A stretch of 62,572 nucleotides of DNA, filler included, from Circinaria calcarea (GCA_051942165.1; 17 parts of 17 records of this genome joined end to end with filler, not necessarily neighbours in it), one strand, 5' to 3'; shown: positions 38,706 to 51,670, counted from the first letter of the whole stretch. Program-made: numbers and translations. The notes: generated from the sequence alone by a model not told the origin.

Positions 38706-40067
38706 ATGAATGGTTATTACTTGCGCCCAGCAATGAAGTCGGGCAGAGTCAGTGGGAATAATGCATGCAGAAGATTAGGGGCATATGTGTCATTCGGCGT
38801 CCCCGGTAAAGGGAGGAAAATAGGATCAGTAGCGACTGTACAGGACACTGCTTGTATTGAGGACATTCCTCCATTCAATATACCCCCAGGTATCCCTGAT
38901 GGACGAACAGCTTCACTTACCCCCAGAAGAGAGAAGCTCCGGAACGCCAAACCCTTCTCCTCCTTTCTCACAGACACCTTCTCCCGTCAACATGACTACC
39001 TACGCATCAGTATTACCGAGCGTTGCAACCTTCGCTGTCTCTACTGTATGCCCGAGGAGGGCGTTCCTCTTTCACCGCAATCACACCTGCTCACGACGCC
39101 GGAGATTACCTACCTCTCCACTCTATTCGTCTCTCAAGGAGTCACCAAGATCCGTCTTACAGGAGGCGAGCCGACAATACGGAGAGATATCTTACCCCTG
39201 ATGCACAATATTGGCGCGCTGCGCAGTGGCGGCTTGAAAGAGTTATGCTTGACCACAAATGGCATTGCGCTGCATAGGAAACTAGACAGCATGGTTGAAG
39301 CAGGGTTGACCGGCGTGAACCTAAGTCTGGATACTCTGGATCCCTTTCAATTTCAGATCATGACTCGGCGGAAAGGTTTTGAAGCGGTGATGAAGAGTGT
39401 AGATCGGATTCTCGAGATGAACAAATTGGGTGCAAGCATCAAGTTAAAGGTCAACTGTGTTGTCATGCGTGGCGTTAATGAGCGAGAGATTCTACCATTT
39501 GTGGAAATGGGCAGGGAGAAGGATATCGAGGTCCGATTTATTGAGTACATGCCATTCGACGGTAATAAATGGAGCAAGGGAAAGATGTTGAGCTACAAAG
39601 AGATGCTTGAAGTTATCCGGGAAAAGTACCCTAGCCTACGGAAAGTACAGGATGCACGGAACGAAACGAGCAAGACGTATGAAGTTCCTGGCTTTCTTGG
39701 TAGGGTTGGCTTCATCACGAGCATGACCCATAACTTCTGTGGCAGCTGCAACAGACTACGAATAACGAGTGATGGGAATCTGAAGGTCTGCTTATTTGGT
39801 AATGCGGAGGTTAGCTTGAGGGACTTGCTAAGGCAGCGTAATGGTGGAAATCCGATCGATGAAGAAGTCTGGGAGGCAATGAAAAGGGTGGAGATGGACC
39901 GACGGCAAGCTTTACCCGGCAGTACAGGTCTCTTAGGTCACGGAGAGAGGGAAAGAGAGCTACTCGAAGTGATCGGAACAGCGGTCAAGGGGAAGAAGGA
40001 GAAACATGCTGGGATGGGAGAATTGGAGAATATGAAGAATAGACCTATGATCCTGATTGGTGGGTAA
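38706..40067 (+). CDS. cnxABC: GTP 3',8-cyclase (MoaA/MOCS1A part of the cnxABC locus)
   Basis: Radical SAM CNLRCLYC, LTGGEP, FCGSCNRLR...KVC and C-terminal PMILIGG. Confidence 0.95.
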   Translation: MNGYYLRPAMKSGRVSGNNACRRLGAYVSFGVPGKGRKIGSVATVQDTACIEDIPPFNIPPGIPDGRTASLTPRREKLRNAKPFSSFLTDTFSRQHDYLRISITERCNLRCLYCMPEEGVPLSPQSHLLTTPEITYLSTLFVSQGVTKIRLTGGEPTIRRDILPLMHNIGALRSGGLKELCLTTNGIALHRKLDSMVEAGLTGVNLSLDTLDPFQFQIMTRRKGFEAVMKSVDRILEMNKLGASIKLKVNCVVMRGVNEREILPFVEMGREKDIEVRFIEYMPFDGNKWSKGKMLSYKEMLEVIREKYPSLRKVQDARNETSKTYEVPGFLGRVGFITSMTHNFCGSCNRLRITSDGNLKVCLFGNAEVSLRDLLRQRNGGNPIDEEVWEAMKRVEMDRRQALPGSTGLLGHGERERELLEVIGTAVKGKKEKHAGMGELENMKNRPMILIGG

Positions 40068-40227
40068 GTTTACATTTGTTGTCAATGAGCGAAAGTTCAG
40101 TGAACTGTACATCAGCACGTTGTATAGACGGCACTACATAGACATCATATTCACGAACCCATACGATTAAACACACAACACTCTTTGTTCATTGATCTTG
40201 TTACAATTTACTGACCGCCGAACGCAG

Positions 40228-40544
40228 ATGAAATTCCATTGCGAGGCGCAGCATTAAACCAGCCATACCCAAGTACACACAGGCTTTCTACCATGCGGCT
40301 TAGAAATAGTACTCGGCTTCCACATCTGGCAAGCTCATTTTCCACCATCCCCTGGACCACCATCCCGAGCCACATGTTTCCCTCTCGAACTCTCCACACT
40401 AAGCCCCTCTACCGCTTTTCTACGTCCGCCCCAGTAACCTCCAACACCGATCCTTCCCCCGTATCCAACACCAAGACCCAACCACCACCATCAACGCCCT
40501 CAATGACGCCCGTTACCCGACTGAGCTGGGTGCATCCATCTTCG
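40228..40544 (+). CDS. Downstream exon: probable linker to the MoaC/MOCS1B domain (3' partial)
   Basis: CTGAC branch site plus CAG acceptor at 40227; open Arg/Ser-rich frame to the contig end. MoaC itself is not visible. Confidence 0.55.
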
Positions 40545-40644
40545 NNNNNNNNNNNNNNNNNNNNNNNNNNNNNNNNNNNNNNNNNNNNTTAATTAATTAA
40601 NNNNNNNNNNNNNNNNNNNNNNNNNNNNNNNNNNNNNNNNNNNN

Positions 40645-41033
40645 CCCTACTCTCCATCCCCACCACCGTCCTCTCCCCCCGCCGTCCCGTCAACCACGAT
40701 CCCACGCCCTCCGAACAGGAAGAGGGTCTCTTCAAATACAATCCCGTCCTGGACTTCAGCCCTTCCTGGACCATCAGTCATCAGCGCGAGTTGGTAGGAC
40801 TAAAGGGTGTGATTACAACACCGACGTTGATGGAAAGCACGAGTCTGGTGTTTGCGTACGGGGACGTAGATGTCTTTGGCACGAGAGTAGCGACGATTGG
40901 CGCGTTTGATGTGCTAGGGAAGGGCTTCAGTCGGCTGCAGCTTGTGGGGACGGTGCTGGCGTTGGGAGTGGGGACAGGGGTGTTGGCGCCGATGGTGAGG
41001 CGGAAGCAGGTCGATGGCATGTGGAAGGCTTAG
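40645..41033 (+). CDS. EMC1: ER membrane complex subunit 1, C-terminus (5' partial)
   Basis: SPRRP...EEGL..Y.P...ESTSLVFAYG.DVFGTRV...FDVL followed by a TM helix. Confidence 0.9.
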
Positions 41034-42200
41034 GGGTGTGGGTACCCACGGGGATGAGGGGGTTTGTAGAGATTAGAGTAACAGATGATCGACTTGGGAG
41101 TTATACAATAAGAAGGTTCTCTTTTAGGTAGCTTCGAGAATTTCTCGAAACGTCCTCATGTCCTGTGAGTTTGGAAAATCTTCAGTATACGAATTTCCTC
41201 CCTGCTATCCCCCCTACTCCCTATTCCCCTATTCCCTTCCCCTCCAGGCTTCCCTTGCTTAAACTTGCCCGGAACAAAAAATGTCCATCCAGCCTTGACG
41301 AAATATCCACATCCACATCTACCTACCTGACTACATTGGAAAAGGAAGAAAGATCCCACACTAGGTAGGTAGCTACAGCCCTCATCCCCCGAGCTCTCCG
41401 ACCATTTTTTTCTTTATCATCGTTTGCTTGGATGGTCGGTCCAGAACTTGGAACTTAGGAGTATAGACAATAGACAGTTGTGCTGGGGGTATCGGAAGTC
41501 GAAGTCGAGGAATTTTTTTTTTTTTTGGAGCTAGAGGGAGGTGGGATGGGTATTGGAAGTGAGAAGAAATGTTTTGAATGGGGGTTGGTAATGAAAAGAA
41601 AGCAGACTTGATGGATTTTTTTTGGGTATGAGACCTTATAGATAAATGAGTGGAAAGGAAGCTAACACCACCCAACTCCTCTGGTCTAGTTATTCTCAAG
41701 CCGTGGACATGCGTGTCCTTAGTAGGGAAAAATGGGAAAGTTTTTCTCAATTGTGGGGTTGGCCGTATTCCTTGCTGTATTGAAGAAAGTTTCGAAGCTT
41801 CGACTGTAGTTACCGACATTTGGTAATCCAATTCCCTTAACCCATGATGCTCACGCCCTCTGTTCTGTTTTAACCCCAGAATCCAAACAAATCCCCGCTA
41901 TTGGGCCATTTCGCTTCCGAGTCCAGTCTTGTTAGTGCATGATGAGGTTTCGGGTGCTGCGATTACCCCCTTGGGTACTTCCAAGTATAGGGATGGTGCA
42001 AAGAAATAAGCAATCGTGTCCGTTGGTGGTGTCGGGGATCCATAGATCAAGAAATGTTTAATGGCAGGTCTAGCCACCGATCGATAATAGCTCTTTCGTT
42101 CGTCGTTGTATATCCAAGTAATTGGGTGATCTGACGCAAAGCCCGGTCGAGATTGTATGCGTGATAGTATAATAGTGACGGCCGCAAGTCGAGTAGGCCT

Positions 42201-44223
42201 TCAGATAAGGACAATCTTCTCGGGGCAGAAGTCTGGAAACTTCAATGCCTCGCCGTCCATTATCCCATGGATGTACGTTTCCCCAACTAGCAGAAACGTA
42301 TTGTCATTTTTTGCACGGAGCACCAAAGGCACTTTCGAGCCCACAGGTATGAATATCCGATCTCCTACTTCGGCGCAGTTGGGTACTAATCCCATGAAGC
42401 CCTTTTCGGTGATGGAGAACCTTCGAGCGGTACACGCCCCGTTCATTCTTGCCAGATATATAACGGCCTCAGTTGAATTCATCACAAGGCCAGCTTTTAC
42501 AGAAGCTATAGCGTCTTCATTGAGCACAGCTTCTACAGAAGCTATGGCGTCTTTATTGCCGCGCACAGGATATGTAATCATCTCGTGCCTTTGATCATCA
42601 ATGGGATAGCCTTCAAGGTTCCCCGCAAGTAGAGACCGACAAAAGGCATCAATGCAGCTATCGTATCTGAGTGTTTGAGCGGAGGCAGCCTCTTGAAACA
42701 TGTAACGAACACTCTCATTCCACTCTAGAAACAGTTTTAGAGAGTCAGTGTCATTAGGATCAAACACACCACATGACGAGCTTAGCGAGGTGATTGCGTC
42801 CACTAAACTTCCTTGGACAACCATAGTTCGACCATTTTGATTATCACCCATCACATCAGTATAGGATTCACTCGATCCTCCAGCTTGGAATGGCAGATTC
42901 CGGAGTATCATCATAGCATTCGGCGCCGTCCTTGTTGCGCTCCAATCAGGAACCCATGATGCAATGTTTTGTACACTGGCTCTATATTGCAGTCCCGCAA
43001 AGGATAGCATATTTATACCATCACCAGTATGCACAATGTGTGCAGCAAAATCTTGATAGACTTGATCGACCGGCAAGCTATAGTCTGGCTTGAATGCCTC
43101 ATCGGTGGCGTCTAGGAGTCCAAGGATAGCGAAAATCTTGTCTTTGAGGTTGGAAATTTCGAAATAATGCGTGGATTCTAAGACAGGCAATGGTTTTAAA
43201 GCACTTTTCCTATACCAAGTACACATATAGAGAATACGCAGCATACTGAATATACCCGGGTGAATGCGCCATTCTGACTTCACCTCTCGAAGGTAAAAGA
43301 ACCTTGTGAAAAGACCAGAAGATAAAGCAAACTGGGTCAATTCGAAATCAAAGTCTCCATACATTAGAACTCCTCGACGCGCCAAAACAACTTCTTGAAT
43401 GACCCAGGTCCTTAGAAACCAAGGCGCGGAGTACAGATGATTACAAGCATTCAATGCAGGATGATCTCTGTGAGGAAAACCATAAACAGCGGGTATTGGA
43501 CTACTGATTGAATACATCTGATTGCCCATGAGTTTACGGATACAATAAAGTCTATGCATCAGTTTAAATCCAGGGTACCAATTAGGGGGCGCGTCCCCAA
43601 GATCTATGTGAACAACCTCAGCCTGATTGTATATTCTTCGCATCAACAATAATTGGGCATTGAGTTCCGGCTTGTCCCCCTGGTTAATACATATGGCATC
43701 CACCCATAACGGGTTTTTAATGAACCGGCTATCCCGGCGATATCTTTTCAGAGCACCATGCAGATTTGAGGTGATTGCAAGCGATTGGCCATTGCATATT
43801 ATTCGGTGGTCGAATCTAGGTTTTCCCCAGTGATATGACAGTGCTGCATACTTTGGCATTGTATCCAGTGAGACTTCCACAAGTTCACATTCGATTTGAT
43901 CGACGCGGAGGTGAGCCTGCTTGATCCGTAACAGGCGAATGACTGGGCGCTCTGAGGAGATCGGTATGTGCTCGAACTTTGGCAGATTTAGACCCAATGA
44001 CGAGGAACCGTGACTTGCAACCCGGAAATTTGGATCTGAAGCAATCGCCAATGCGCTGTCCCAGAATGCGGACACCCCAGGTAAGGAAGTGTCTTGACAT
44101 CTTGGAAAAAAGCGGCATCCACCACAATTTTCATGTATGGGACAATGTTTCCGCTTTGCGGCTTGAGCTGCTGCAACTGTGTATAGATACAGATTAACAA
44201 TATCTGCTGGATTCTTGCAGTCA
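42201..44223 (-). CDS. HET-domain protein (het-6-like), 5' partial
   Basis: IRLL, YAALSYHWG, LWVDAICINQ, MRRIY, WFLRTWVIQE, DKIFAILGL, SWVPDW and LVGETYIHGIMDGE. The frame stays open from the GTG at 44075 to the contig end. Confidence 0.92.
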
Positions 44224-44323
44224 NNNNNNNNNNNNNNNNNNNNNNNNNNNNNNNNNNNNNNNNNNNNTTAATTAATTAANNNNNNNNNNNNNNNNNNNNN
44301 NNNNNNNNNNNNNNNNNNNNNNN

Positions 44324-45545
44324 TCCACCTTACTCACCGGTCAAAGTTCCTATCATCACAATCCTGATTGGCAAACCTGCCCAGAGACCAGAGAAGCCAA
44401 TGTCCTTATATATCCTACCCATTGCAGAGCCGAAAGCTTCGCCGGGTTGACGATTCGCGTTCAATTTGCTGACCATGACATCGGCGGGATGGGACACAAT
44501 AGCACAGAGGATTCCGGCAAGATAACCACCAGCAAAGGAGACACCGGTTTGTGCGCTTTTGCTGTAGTCTGATTTCTTACCCGGAAGGTAGTTATAGATA
44601 GCCTCGACAATGTTTTCAAACGATGCAAACTTCATCATGGTGTAAGGAATTTGACGGCCCCAGAGAGGGTAAAGTCCCTTGTATAGGCTATATCATGTAA
44701 GCCTCACCTAAAGGAATATTCCGCATTCTACGCTATCTTACCCGGCTGTACCTTCCTTGGCGGTAATTGCTGAGATGCCGCTAAAAGTACCGGAAAATAC
44801 AGGAGGAATCGTTGTCTGCATACGGACTTTGACGGCCTCGAAAGGGCAAAGGGCGATATCGGCGAAGAACTCGGCAGAGGCACTAGCTGCTAGGTAAAGA
44901 GAAGTCTTGTAGCGATACACCAAATCCTCGCCTGCCAAGTCTGAATAGAACTTTTTGAAGAACTCGTATCCTCCGTACTTAAAGGCTCCTTGCGCCTATG
45001 GGATTCTCGTTAATGACAGATTTGTAATGACTGGTAATAAGCTTTGCATACCGAGTATCCAAAGAAAGTGGGACTCCAGCCGGTGAAGACGCCTCGGAAT
45101 CCTTCTGCACGAGCGATTTTACTCCACGCTTCAAAATTGCCCTTGTACATTTTGGAGTCTACCTGTCGACGGCATTTGACAAGATCCAGGGGAGTCACAG
45201 CTGTATGGGTAGGTCCCTGCAAAGACAATGAGTGGTCATTCAGTCTCCATCATCTTTAATACCCACACAAGCAAGCATTCCTCCTAAAGTGCAAGCAGCA
45301 TAATACTTGGCTGAATACGGCTCGATTTCGCCGGCTTTGGCTTGAGCTGCCTGACTGGCTTTCTGAAATTCTTTCTGAGCCTCGTTACTCAACGACCCAG
45401 CCCTGCTCTTCATATCGTCGACCGCGCTCCAAGCGGAGTACCGATCCGTCCGAGCCTCATAGGAAGACTTGGGAGTTCCCAAGTCAGGTTTTACCTGAGC
45501 AAAGAGGTCATGGAGGATTGCCTGAGTAGGAAAAAGCGGTGGCAT
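44324..45545 (-). CDS. PIC2: Mitochondrial phosphate (/copper) carrier, Pic2/Mir1 family (3' partial)
   Basis: [44 protein letters not shown] and [12 protein letters not shown]; multiple introns. Confidence 0.92.
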
Positions 45546-46009
45546 CTTGCTAAGAAATCTTGCTAAGAAAGTTCGCCTGGTCAGTAATTCTGCGACGCCA
45601 AAGAGGAGTATCATCTTACGCGTTATCGATGCTCCTATGGATTATCAATTGGAAACTGGTACAGTCTCAATTGTATTTGTAGTCAGGTTGAACATTTATC
45701 TCTCTCCAATGTAGCTTTTGCGTGTAAAATGCCAATGGTTGGGGGGAGCTCCAACTCCAAAGATAGCACGATAGCTTCATGGGTGGATGACCGGGATTCG
45801 GCCTGAGACAAGCGAAGTGTGACGTCGATCGTGAATTTTGGTGGTTGCTATCCGAGAGCTGCATCTTCCTCTACACAAAGTACTTTTTGTACTTTAGACG
45901 CCCATTTTCGCAGTTTATCGAGTATTGAAGCCTTGTATCGTTCTACTACGAGCATAGATTCACGGCGAAAGTTCAAGACCTGGATACTGATGACTTGCCT
46001 GTCGTCTTA

Positions 46010-46595
46010 ATGGATATGAATCCAAATGGCAGGAATGAAGACCTAGCACCGCAATCGAACGGGGAACGTTCGGCCGGTGGTAGGTCAATGTGGGCGGAAA
46101 AGTACCGGGGAGTACGTTCGCAAGTCTCCCATAACACTCCCAAACTTTTACCGTGCTGATACCTGGCACAAGGCCACTGTTGAGGACCTTGACCCTCCTC
46201 CGGCACTCTCATCGAAGCCAACTGACCCCATCTCTCATGCTTTGATACAAGCGTATGAACGAGACTATACCCACCTCACGGTCATTTCGGAAGATACCCG
46301 GGCGCTCCTTGGGTACCTAAATATACCCCGTCTGAAAGAACTGCTCAAAACCGGTAAAGTCAAGGACAGTGATCCTGTGCACATGGCTATGCAGAAATTC
46401 AGACGGAAAGGAAGCGTCTACAAAGTCATCACCATGGACACGCCTTTGGAGGAACTTGAAGAATTCTTCAACGGAGGTGTCAATGGAAGCGGTCCGCAAG
46501 ATTTTGCTGTTGTCACTGATGGCAGTCGAAGGTTTGTGCTTGGCGTAGCTACCCAAGGAGATCTGGAAGAGTTTGTGAAGAGAAGGCCTGCATGA
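46010..46595 (+). CDS. Small CBS-domain (Bateman) protein
   Basis: WAEKYRG|ATVEDLDPPPALS via intron 46112-46172; AYERDYTHLTV and FVLGVAT..DLEEF. Confidence 0.8.
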
Positions 46596-48000
46596 ATGGT
46601 CTCACAAGATCAGAGGCACTGTTCTGAATTGCCACATTCTGCATTTGGCCTGGTTTGTGTAATAAAGTTCATTATAGCATCCGCTATGACAGAATTGAGG
46701 TCATAAGTCTGCTCATGTGTTTTTTTTTGTAGAAACAATTAATCCGTGCAAAGGAATGTTCTAAATTCCCTAAACATATGGGCCTTAGACTCTCACTCAT
46801 CAAGGTTTATTTGCAAAATTATGGCTGACAATTTGGGTATGAGATTCATTATATGAAAGATTAAGTCTCATATTAAATATCAGTCTCCCTAAGACCAATA
46901 GTATTCAGAGTACGGAGTACGCCTTTTTTACACAAAAGTCCTCCCCGGTCATATTGCTGCTTTTCAACAGCGGTTTCTGTTTCAACAGTCTTGTGTCAAC
47001 CGACTATACAGGGTTTCCTTGCGAATCATTCTTCAGTTTTTTGTAATCGGACGCTAGGGTGAAGATTTCCCGGGCTCGGATAAACCACGGGGAAGTCAGG
47101 CCGAACCTCATTGTTACGTGATGGATCATATCTTCTGTTGGATTTGACACGCCTCGCTCACGCTCTCTTCAAGCCAATTGGCAAGAAAGGAATCATTAGG
47201 AGAAGATTTCGGCAAGTGATTTACTGATCAGGACTGTTCAGAGTGCCCCATACCGCGTCACGCGGGATCGACACCTCTTGCGCCAGTTCGTCACGGTCAA
47301 GTCGCATCGACAACAGCACCTCGTCGCAGATTTGCCTTCGTTGATTTACAGAGTACGTACTACATACAATGTACTTATCTTCCACGGTCTATCTTCTGAA
47401 GCCTGACTTAACATTCATCGACTGCTGATTTCAAGCGTTCACTTTCTTCGAACCGTTGAAGTTGCTTGTCAAAGCTAATCCTCGAGGGTGTGTAGAAGCT
47501 AAACTCCTTCACCTCACTTGTCGTTTGAAGGCATTAAAAAGCTTGCCCTCAGTCTTCTCCCTCACAACTTCCACTCTCGATCTACTTGAGCTTGGATTTC
47601 TTCACATCAACTTTTGCAATTCGGCCGCACAAAATTTCTGCTAGTAGTGCATCATAGGGTGTAGCGCGAAACTTGAAAGAAAAGAGGACTTCTGTCGGGG
47701 GCGTTTACTTGCGAGCTCATTCTGGAAACTGCCCCTAGGACTTTCAAGAGATCCGCCTGCTACAAGTGTACATACTTGAGAATACTTCTAGTCGACTATC
47801 AACTACCAACGAAGAATCGTGATGCCTCCGCAAAAGAGAAAGCGCGGTAGCATGTCAACCCCGATGGCTAAGGAATCGGACAAGGGTCGAGTGCCGAACA
47901 NNNNNNNNNNNNNNNNNNNNNNNNNNNNNNNNNNNNNNNNNNNNTTAATTAATTAANNNNNNNNNNNNNNNNNNNNNNNNNNNNNNNNNNNNNNNNNNNN

Positions 48001-48695
48001 CTCCATATCCTCCTTGCCTACCTATGTACCTTACTCCTCCGGAGTTCCCCTCCATAAATACACCCCCCCACCCAAACCATACCAACCTCCCTTCCTTCTA
48101 CTTCTTCCATGCCTCATTAAAAACAATGTCCTCTCAAGCCCAAACCCAAACCCAAACCCACCAACCGCAACTCTCCTCTCTCGCTTCCAAACCACCTCAA
48201 CCACCTTCCCCGTCACACCCCGAATCTCCCAACCACGCCCTCACTTCTCTTTCCCTTTCCCTCCCTTCCCCTCACCCTCACTCGTAAAACCTCCGTCCCT
48301 GTCCTTCCCATCCCGCGGGCTCAGCAACCGCTCTTGGAATTTCCGCTTCATGTCTTGCTCGTTCCAGCTCTGATGTCTGTCCATGTTCGGCCTCCAGGAT
48401 GCGACGTGAGATGCCGGGGTTGGGTCAGGGTGGGATGGTTCTTTGGGACTGGCTGTGGTAGGTTGAGCTGGGGTCGATTCGGGCTGTGACGGGGAAGGTG
48501 GTTGAGGTGGTTTGGAAGCGAAAGAAGAGAGTTGCGGTTGGTGGGTTTGGGTTTGAGCTTGAAAGGACATTGTGTTTTTATGAGGTATGGAAGAAGTAGA
48601 AGGAAGGGAGGTTGGTATGGTTTGGGTGGGGGATGTATTTATGGAGGGGAACTCCGGAGGAGTAAGGTACATAGGTAGGCAAGGAGGATATGGAG
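48001..48695. repeat. Inverted repeat: arms 48001-48226 and 48476-48695, ~250-nt loop
   Basis: The left arm is the reverse complement of the right arm: the first ~62 nt are identical, followed by scattered substitutions and small indels. Confidence 0.92.
48241..48570 (-). CDS. Small fungal protein with a WRPNMDRHQSWNEQDMKR motif
   Basis: ORF from MSFQAQ; the motif resembles recalled small conserved Pezizomycotina proteins. Confidence 0.6.
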   Translation of the reverse strand: MSFQAQTQTHQPQLSSFASKPPQPPSPSQPESTPAQPTTASPKEPSHPDPTPASHVASWRPNMDRHQSWNEQDMKRKFQERLLSPRDGKDRDGGFTSEGEGKGGKGKEK

Positions 48696-49568
48696 CTGGG
48701 GGATAAGATAACATTGGATAAGATAAGATTAGATTAAATTAGATCAGAGTGGTTATGGCTGTCAACGGCTGAAATAGGTGCTGCACTGTACTGTCTTTAT
48801 GCTGAGACTGCCAATAATATCTGCTACCCCAAAGAATCGATCTTCTTCGTACATAGAAGCGGAGGCTCGTTGTTCTTGTGATCAGAGGAAGTAGAGCCCG
48901 TTGACCTTTTCAACTAATCCTAATGGCATTGCTTTCTCCCGCTCGAGAGCTAGGAATCTAGATCTAGGAGGACTGTAAACACGGGGGTGATTTATTTCAA
49001 GGGGAGTTTTCTTATCATGCTAGAGACACCGTTTGCGGTCCAAATTGGAGCGTAGAGGCCCTGCAGGAAGAGCTTGACTGACGGAGTTTGACCATCGAGA
49101 TCCCGTACCAGTTAAAGGTTATATACATCGGGGTACTCAGTACTGTACCGAATACACCTATCGCAAGTGGCTGAATCTCTGAAGTGACGGATGAGCTTTC
49201 GCATAGGGTTGGTGGGGCTACGAGCTGAGGCATGGACTATTGTCTTCTCGGCACTTGTACTGGGTTGTCAGGAATACAGGGGGGGGAGGTTCACTTATTG
49301 CACGAGAGGATCTCGTGCAAGGTAAGCACAGTTCTCTGAAACTTCAAGAGCTCTCATTTCTTGATAGAGACTTCTCCGCCAAGCCACAGCTTACGCACAT
49401 AGCCTCATGGACGCCCTAAATCTCAAGCTTCTTAGGGTCTAAGCCCAATCCCCAAGTGGTGGTCCTACACCATCATGACTATGCCTCTTCAGGCTTATGT
49501 GGGAATGCTTTCAGTGCAGCGGTGGAAGCATTTGCCATTGCATTCCTAATGTAACTTTCTATATTCTG

Positions 49569-50045
49569 TTAGCACCGTCCACTGCTGAGGAAATGGCATG
49601 CTGGTTTACCCTCTGCATCCACAAGCTTTTTTCTCTCTCTTGTCAACTTCAGTAGTCTCTTACGTGTATCGCACTTAATTTCGAGATGCACTTTTTCTCG
49701 TTGCACCTCGGTGGCATAAAGGGGTTCCCAGACAGCCGAGTCCATGAGATGACGGACACGCAATAACTCTTTGCAGCTCGTAAGGCCCTGACGCCATTCA
49801 AGTACAGCAGGTACTAGCCCTGCAAGCAATATCTCTTGTGTCGTGTCTAGTTCCTGATGCTTGATTTTAATGTCCTCCCACTTCAGGTGAGACATGTTTC
49901 GGAGTCTGTTTGGCGTGGTTCCACTTTCTGAGCCCGAAGCGGTCTTGGATTCCGTGGCAAGGCTGAACGATACTGTCCCCAAGCTTCCTCCAAAGTCAAG
50001 CAAGGTGGTTTCGCCTTTGGACTCAGGCGTAGTGCTGGGTGCCAT
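49569..50045 (-). CDS. Hypothetical protein
   Basis: 158-aa ATG ORF; no family recognised. Confidence 0.4.
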   Translation of the reverse strand: MAPSTTPESKGETTLLDFGGSLGTVSFSLATESKTASGSESGTTPNRLRNMSHLKWEDIKIKHQELDTTQEILLAGLVPAVLEWRQGLTSCKELLRVRHLMDSAVWEPLYATEVQREKVHLEIKCDTRKRLLKLTRERKKLVDAEGKPACHFLSSGRC

Positions 50046-51395
50046 AATGGAATAGGAGGATAGTGTCTGCAGCTATGTCAGTTTGAGTTTTTACCATCTA
50101 CTATCGAAGTAATGACCTTTGACAAGCTCCTCTGTCCGATCATTAATCGGTATATGACGGTTAACGAGATGAAACCGTTTTTCGTTCGAACAAGCCTCGT
50201 TTCACCCAAGATCACTTCAAACAGGTTGAAGCGTGATGAGAAGTGAGAATGACAACCCCCTTTCGTTTGGGCAAGCTTTGTGTCACTTGAGCGCCACCTC
50301 CCAAGCGTTAAAGGGTAACGGTGTTCAAAGGTCTGAAGGTAAGTGAGATGAAGTGTCCGAAGGAGGGTTCAACCAGGAGACTGGTTATTTATGATGCCCT
50401 GAAAGTGAGAGGGCGTTAGACTTTCACTTCTAGAGATGAAAGCGTATCATATCCATAGATGTATGTACGTAACCTTCAACCTCATATTCATCCTGTGAGG
50501 TTGTTGAAAGTTCAAAACTTTTTCCCTTGAAATCCTATCTAAGGTATTTCTATTCAAAAAAGAATGGCCTACCGTTGAGAACTCCCCATCTGCGAGTAGA
50601 AACTACAACTCGAAAGGAGTCATGATATTATCACCAAGCCCTCCGCCTTAGCCATTCATTATCAACGAGACTCCGACCGCCTCACTCGAGATATGATCTC
50701 CATAGTTTGTTTACATTTACCACCTCAATTTTTTACAGAACAAGCGATGCGGTTCCGTCTTAATGCCAGGGCAGAACGTTGGAACTGCCCGGCTTTCCAG
50801 GGATTTTATATCAGACTCGGAGATCATTCCGGGTGAAAAAATCTCCAAACTTTCACTGCATCGTACGGAAATTCCCCAAGACTCAAAGACATGCGTACAC
50901 GAGGATAGGATTCCTCTCTAACCAGCTCAACTTAGATAGATAGATTACTCCTCCCCCTTACCCCCCCAACCAACCACAGAATCCAATCCAACCCTACCTA
51001 CACCCAGTCGTCCAGATCCCAAACCGCAAAAAAGGGACACTCATCACTCACTTGGAGCCTTATCTCATGTGTAAAACGTGATCCGAGAAATATTATCATT
51101 TCATCTATCTACTTCTAGGCCTAGTTAGAACACAACTCCATTCCTGGAAATATGGCCGAGATTGAGGAGTTCTGACGCATCAAATAGGGGGGTTTGGTTG
51201 TGAGAAGTGTGAAGGGTAGGGGATATGGCTTGGTTGGTGGCTGGGAGCTGACATGTATGAGAGACAAAGTGGAGACCGAGAGTATGGACGGGGAAATTGA
51301 GAGCGGTCTGGATGCCGTCGGAAACTCGTATCTTCGAGTTGTAAGGTCCAGTGCCAGCATCCAAGATCTAAGGTCCAACTTGTCGTCTCCCCCCG

Positions 51396-51570
51396 CTACC
51401 AAGTCGGCCAAAAGTCCACGACGACAAGACTCCTGTCATCGAAAGCATGGTACACCAGATAATCCCCGCCCATGCCCAAGAAATCCTTCTCGCCCATCAC
51501 CCACGGCGCCCAAGTCTCCAACACCCTCCGCTTGTCATCAATCGTACTTGTATAATGAGCATGCGTCCCC
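51396..51570 (-). CDS. C-terminal fragment of a hypothetical protein (...FLGMGGDYLVYH..LVVVDFWPTW)
   Basis: Open frame from the contig end with a protein-like beta-strand pattern. Confidence 0.4.
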
Positions 51571-51670
51571 NNNNNNNNNNNNNNNNNNNNNNNNNNNNNN
51601 NNNNNNNNNNNNNNTTAATTAATTAANNNNNNNNNNNNNNNNNNNNNNNNNNNNNNNNNNNNNNNNNNNN

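Noticed and set aside
46690..46930. AT-rich patch as a possible RIP-degraded transposon
   Set aside because: Short, with no TIR, LTR or coding remnant recognisable.
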